Positions 57,801 to 64,000 of a DNA stretch of 64,000 bases are shown here, piece by piece. Under the pieces are notes generated by a model, which worked only from the letters and a program-made list of their open reading frames with translations, was not told the origin of the DNA and searched no databases. This DNA is from Geosiphon pyriformis uo1 (Eukaryota > Fungi > Glomeromycota). The DNA lies in contig JAAOMT010000280.1 in NCBI GenBank assembly GCA_016748015.1, positions 22,183 through 86,182 of the forward strand. The letters run 5' to 3'. Numbering within the stretch: position 1 is the first letter of the stretch; the number at the start of each line of letters is the position of its first letter. A program made the translations under genes and the position numbers.

Positions 57801-59000
57801 AAATTTAATCTTAAATAAAACAATTAATTTTACATTTATTAAATACTTAAAAATAAAGCTTATAAATTACAATAAAAAAAGTTTTAAAAAAAACAGCATA
57901 TAATAATTAACTAAAATTGTATTATATCAATTTATTATTATAATTATTATTTATATTATAGTTAAATATATAATAAATACTAATTAAACCAGATAAAATT
58001 CGATAAGATTTAATATTAATTATTATTATTAGATGTAATTTATATTATAATTAATTAGCAAAAAAGTATATAAGTATTAAAAAATACATAATAACAACAA
58101 AAAAATAAAAATTATTAACAATATTAACTTTATTATCTAACTATTGTTTTAAATATTATAATATAAAAAATCAAATATAAAAATAATAATTAGAAATAAA
58201 AAAATCAAATATAAAAACATTTAAATATTTAAAAAAAAAGCAATAAAATATTTCAAACAAAAAAAAATCAAAAAAATATTATTGGATAATAAAACAAATA
58301 GACAATTATATTAAAAGAAAATAAAAAAGACTTTAAACAATTCAATAACAATTAATTAACCCAGAAAATTAATAATTAAAAACCAAAAAAGTTAGAAAAA
58401 ACAATTTTTGTTAACTTATTATTACTATTACTTAGAATAATAGCTAAATATTTAAAACTTGTATTTAAACAACTTCAAAAAAATGTTTAACAAATCAATT
58501 ATATGTTAAATAAAACAATTTTATAATACATTTTAAAACCATCTATTAATTATTTGTAATCTTCTAAAAATACAGTAAAATATTGTTATATTTAGTAATA
58601 CAAGTATTAATAATTAACCAACTGAAAAAAATAACAATTTAACAATTTAAAACATTAAAAAAAGAAATCACTATAATTATAATAGAAAAAAAAGTAATAA
58701 TAAAGCTTAATTCTATAATAAAAATTTAAAATATTTATAAAATTTTGATAATAACATAAAAAAGTTTCAAGAAAACTTTATTAAAATTCTGTCAGTTTTA
58801 ACATTATTTTCACTTTTTTAACAAATACATTAATAGACAAATAAACAATTATTGTAATAATAATTTGTTTAAACAACAAATATAATTAACTGTAGCCAAT
58901 TTTGCCAAAAATATTAACAGTTGAACATAAAATCTCGTAATATTATTTCAGATAATATGTTAAATGAGACTAGTATTTAAAATCTTGTACAAAAATATTT
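51900..59000. other. Ultra-AT-rich block (probable eroded transposons)
   Basis: About 7 kb with very few G/C and no ORFs; contains a recognisable solo LTR. Confidence 0.75.
55524..56470 (-). mobile_element. Eroded solo LTR related to the Gypsy LTRs
   Basis: Colinear with 48518-49497 (aaaatacatttt, tacaagttatttctgtgaact, ggttacatttg, aaattggattattaatt, aatatatgctaatt, ends ggtaaca); flanks ataa/acaa fit a 4-bp TSD with one C>T. Confidence 0.85.
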
Positions 59001-60848
59001 TGATCAAAACAGTTTTTTTGAAATAAAAAAGTTTTAAATAACTGTCAAATTTTTGAATTTATTCGAAATTATAATGTTAAATCTCATAGGTCTGAAAAAT
59101 ATAAAACTAATTTTGATGATTTAAATATTTTACTTACAATAACCAAGAAAAGTGTTTTAAAAATTTGGCAAAAATTTGTTAAAAAAATCGATAATATCAA
59201 TATCTGTAATTTTTTTGGTGTATATATAAAGCAGTTATTAATAGTATAAACTAAAATTTACAAACAAATTGTCAAGTATTATTTGTGCCATTTACTTGTA
59301 TTACAACTATTTAGATAATAACTGTTTACTATAAAGATTTTGAATAATTTTGAATTTTTTAAAATCCATGGCGAAATAAGTGAATGTTGTAAAATTTTCT
59401 TTTAGCCAAAAAAATTTTTTGGTTTAAAAATAAAAACTTGTGATTTGAATTGTTTGTTTATTAAAAAAAAAACAAAGACAATAACTATGTATTTGGTGTA
59501 TTTGCAATTTTTTTTGGACTTATTACCATTTCAGTATTGTTACATAAAAGACCCAATTATCTTGAATAAAAAAAAACCACACTTTGGTGAAGAGCAAAAC
59601 AATAATAAAGTGGGAAATTAGACATTAATGAACATGATCAGAAAACTGTATCCAATAAGAAGTTAAGTAGACCAAACTGATGTTCAACTACCTTCTATCA
59701 AGATTGTATTTACAGAAAGCTCAAGTTGAACGATGTTGCAACATATCAAAAAAGATGTTTGAAGCTTCAGATGAGATATCATTGAGATTGGCAAATGGAA
59801 ACCGAAAAAGCACAAAAAAGTTTAAAGAACTCAAAAAAAGGCAAAAGACTTTAGAACCCTTGCTATAGAAAAAAAAAATTTTTCGGGTTTTCCTTGCTGA
59901 CGAGTTTCAGACAAGCTGGTAGTGCTCACATTTTTAGGAAGAGGGCACCAAGTGCAAAAAGTTTCATGTTTAGCTGAATAAAAAAAACGATAGCAAGAGA
60001 AGTTTCTGACTAGTAAATGATTTTTTCCTGTGCCAACAGTGCACGCCTGACATGTGATACAATCGCAAGACACTACCAGAGGTAAACAGTGTTGTTACAT
60101 CAACATTAAATACTCAGAATTTACACAGGACCAAAAGTGCTCTGGTAAAATGCCAAGAGATATTTGAAATTCTAACGGTGTCCATACAGATAACTAAAAC
60201 ATTCATGATCTGAAAACAAAACATGTCTTTATTTCTAAATAATTTTTATTGAAAAACAAATTTTCGGAAGGTAAATCATCATCATCATCATCTTCTTCTT
60301 CATTATCATCACCATCATAATCATCATATTGTTTAACAACTTGTTCTTTCCTTGGGGGTAATAAGATAAGATATAAAAACCAGGATATTAATTGTTTTTG
60401 ATAGAGCCTGGTTTTAAAATGTCACATTTTTTTCAACAACCAAAAATTAAAAAGCATAGATTTCTCAGCTGGGGAGGATCTAAACATAATTATTCTAGTT
60501 TTTAATCTTTTATTTGTACTCAATCTATTAATTTTAAATTAAAATAAACTGGCGATATATGTTATCATTAATTATGATAGAAGCTTCGATTCAAATTATC
60601 AGTCTTAAATTGGAGTCTTTAACAGGAAAGTATGAATCACTAGAGTAACTTTTCAAAAGTTCCTAGAACGATATGGAAAGTGGGAGATTTTAACTTTGCC
60701 TATTTGAGATGACGTGGAAATTTTAGAATTCTTAGGAAAACGGTTAAATTTCTTGTTTCTAAAATTGTTAATTTTTTTGAATTGTGCCCAGTCACTTGTT
60801 AACCACGTAAAGTCTGGGTGCTAGGAATCAAGAAATAAAAAATTTCAA

Positions 60849-60855
60849 TATAAAT
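60849..60855 (+). promoter_or_regulatory. Putative TATA box of the peptide gene
   Basis: TATAAAT ~150 bp upstream of ATG 61005; weak evidence in AT-rich DNA. Confidence 0.35.
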
Positions 60856-61004
60856 AAGAGACATTTGAAAGAACCTCTTCATCAATTAATTTTTTTGTAT
60901 TTGGTCTTCTTAAGTCACTACAAAAGAAAATAAAAAAACAATTTCTCTTTATTAAAAACTCAACGAAAACATCAATTACTCTTTATTAATTCAAAACTTT
61001 CAAA

Positions 61005-61500
61005 ATGAAAACCTTTGTTTATACCTCCTTATTGGTCGTTTTTCTTGTTTGCAATATTTTGACTGCAACACTGGTGAACGGTAAATATTGAAAAAGTTGA
61101 ACTTTTATTTAATTACTATCTAATATAAAAAAATTTTTTCTATTCATTAATCAGGTCAAAGATGCACAAGTAAGTTTTTCTCTTCTTCTTCTTCTTCTTC
61201 TTCTTCTTCTTCTTCTTCTTCTTCTTCTTCTTCTTCTTCTTCTTCTGTTTCTTCTTCAACCACTAATACTTTAGGATAAATAAAATTTTATTAATAATGT
61301 TGAAATTTTGAATTTCTTTCCATTTATGACGGTAATTCGGATTTTTTTATATACAGCCAATAGTTGTGAACGTAAGTTTTTCACTGAATAAAATTTGTAA
61401 ATTGACTTAATGATATTTCTTTTAAAACAATATTTATTTATTTATTTATTTTTTAATAGCTTGTCGAGTTTCTTGCGAAGGGGGCCAATGCACTTGTTAA
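61005..61500 (+). CDS. Small secreted cysteine-rich peptide, 48-aa precursor MKTFVYTSLLVVFLVCNILTATLVNG-QRCTTNSCEPCRVSCEGGQCTC; exons 61005-61080, 61155-61169, 61357-61371, 61460-61500
   Basis: Three canonical phase-1 introns (GTAAAT..CAG, GTAAGT..CAG, GTAAGT..TAG) give a 147-nt open frame: hydrophobic signal peptide with V-N-G cleavage site, six Cys, then TAA. Confidence 0.88.
61181..61246. repeat. (TTC)n microsatellite in intron 2 of the peptide gene
   Basis: About 21 uninterrupted TTC units. Confidence 0.97.
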
Positions 61501-62399
61501 GTATTCAAAGAGATACTCTGCTTTAAATCTTATCCTTTATACAAAAAATGTAAATATAGGATATAAAAGTTTATAAAGCATTTAATAACCCATTTTTTGA
61601 GGTAAATACTCGAATGAAATATTACTTTATATATATTTATTAATTAGTTATTTATCTAGAAATATCATTTTAATTAAGTTCAAACTTTATTGTATTTCAT
61701 AAAATTATTTATTATTAATAATTAAACAAATAGATTTCGAGATTATAAATTTAAAAAGTAAAATCAATTATCACATTAGAAATAAAAAAATTTCAATTGT
61801 ATTTTTGATTAGAAAAAAAAATATTAAGGGAATAAAAGTATAAAAGTAAGAAGACCATTAGTTAATACCAAAAAAATTTTACTCTGAAGATTAAAAAAAA
61901 TTACTTCAACAGGAGGTATATCTCGTTTCTATTTTTGAAATAATAAAAGTTTCCAAGAAAATGTTACAAATTGATTTGAACTTCATATTTTCAATCGAAT
62001 AAAATGATCCTTTTAAGATTAATCCAAGATAATATCAAAAGAATATTTATTGTTTTTAAACATAACATAAAAAAGAATTTTCTATGGATTCTAGATTGAC
62101 CCTTAACCTTAATTAAAGTCATAATTCAATATTACCCAATTGGATGACTTGATATAGATAATTTTGTTGTTATTAAATCTAGAAAAGTGAAATGAAAAAT
62201 TTTCAAATCTTTATTTTTGGGTTATTTGGATGGAATCGTAGAAAAAATATTTGTATCAAACTCGCTACGTATGTTAAAGAATTTCAAATTTTTTTTTAAG
62301 TGTTTAAAGAATTTTGTTGAAATATGGTGCAAACCATTTATAATCATCAAAAATGTAGATCAGTCCGAAATTTTAAATGATAATTTTCACGTGTTTTTA

Positions 62400-64000
62400 T
62401 TTATATAATTAAATTTTATTGGTTAATATACATGTGGTTTTAATATATTATTTATAATAAAAAATAAAATTTTATTAAATTTTATATAGTATAAAACCAA
62501 ATACAGTATTACAAAGTTTGAATATTATTTAATTTGTCTAATTCTTCAAGAATATTATCTGGAATTTTTTTATGAAATTTATACTTTTTTATAGCATATT
62601 CTACTAATTTTCTATTAAAATCTTTTCTATAAAAATCTATATAACACCAACATTTTCTTGAAAATCATCTAATAGTTATTAAAGATACTGATTCAAGACT
62701 TTTAAGCACTGTTTTTTGTAATTTTTTTCATGAATAATTGTATTTGTTATGTATATATCTTTTAGCAACTTCTCAATATCTTTTAATAAAATTTAATTCA
62801 CAATAAAATTTTGGAAAAAAATGCACTTATGTTCCATACTTTTGAATAATTCTTCAATTGCATTTTTTTGAACAAGAAAATTGGATTCCAAAGATATTAC
62901 TTGACATGCACAACAAAAAACTTTTAAAGAAACTTTGATTTTTTTTTTGCATTTTTAGCATTCTAATACTAATTTTTTAATGACCATTTTTCTCATTCTA
63001 TTAATATTTGTTTAATTTCTTTAGACAATCTTTAAAGTTTTTCATCTAAATATATTTCTGAGAAGATCATTGATTATAATTAATTATCTAATCTAAAAAA
63101 ATATCTTGTATTAATAATTGCTTTTTACTTGGACTTAAATTTATCCTGTTTACAATTAAAGCATTTTTACAAAATGTTGCATGATTAAAACTATTATTAT
63201 AAACAAATATGGCTGTACAATTCAGATATAATTTCTCAAAAATTGGAATTGTTTTACATTTAATTTGTTTAAGAAAATGGTCTGCTGTCTAATAACTATC
63301 TTGATTTATATCAAATTGCAAATAACATTGTGTTTTTTCTGGTATATTAAAATATTTTCTATATCATTTTGTTGTAAACATAAATGTTTATTAATTTTAG
63401 TTAGAAATTCACTAATCATAATTAATCTTCTATTTCTTTTTTTTCTTAGCAGCAAATTTTTATGCTTAGCTTATATGTCATACTTGCCATTATTTGAATA
63501 AAAAATGCATTTATTATGAATTACAAAAACTTTTTTTTCTTTTTATTAAGTAAGTTAGAATCTATTTGATCCATAAATTTATTTTTATACTTTGATATAT
63601 ACTTTTTATGCTCATATATTTTTTCTAAATATTCTTTTTAAGATTACAAGACATTATTTTTTTATGTCAATTATAATATAAGTCTTAATGATGTTGTTGA
63701 AATAAATAACCAAGAATTTAGAGTCATTTTATTACAATTATAAAACTAATAGTTTTTTTTTTTATTATTATTCTAATATTAGGAAACAATTCATGCTCAA
63801 TAAATTTTTTAAATGTAGCTAAAATAGCATTGAAGTTTTGGTTTCTAATCCAAATATGACATTTTTTTACAATGTTTTCATTATCAATTATTTTAATTGT
63901 TTTTTGATGTTTTCTATATTTTGATGTTGAAAATTTATTATTAAACAATTAATATTTTGCAAGATATCAAATTTTTTGTGCTTTTTAGATACTACCATTA
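62400..64000. other. AT-rich, CpG-depleted block, probably an eroded transposon
   Basis: Composition resembles the other eroded blocks; no motif identified. Confidence 0.4.

Noticed and set aside
51900-59000. Centromere or organellar insertion
   Set aside because: No organellar genes; a centromere cannot be inferred from AT content alone.
59680-60073. 62-aa and Cys-rich 80-aa ORFs as genes
   Set aside because: No signal peptide, splice support or recognisable domain; the second has a non-ATG start.

Overview
Eukaryotic, intron-rich fungal DNA. The gene set (Aladin retained, a U12-type intron), short AT-rich introns and repeat types point to an early-diverging fungus, probably Glomeromycotina; this is inference. 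The window has four compartments. (1) 1-8850 is extremely AT-rich, eroded transposon DNA: a ~8 kb TIR-bounded element, a 36-bp tandem array and a nested hAT transposon. (2) 9800-33020 is a compact island of nine housekeeping genes: COG3, a MARVEL protein, an alpha/beta hydrolase, ERV29/SURF4, PLP1/TXNDC9, AFI1/MesA, a GRIP golgin, Aladin and SERCA. (3) 33500-59000 is AT-rich DNA holding a LINE with RNase H, split by a 9.87 kb Ty3/Gypsy element (dUTPase, Cys-rich insert, intact third ORF), plus an eroded solo LTR of the same family. (4) 59500-62400 is a small island with a gene the ORF track misses: four exons, two of them 15-nt micro-exons, encoding a 48-aa secreted precursor of a 22-aa six-cysteine peptide. 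Other highlights are an AT-AC minor intron with a duplicated donor, three GC-AG introns in SERCA, two long structured introns in Golgi genes, and transition-only repeat decay. All exon boundaries were assembled by eye.
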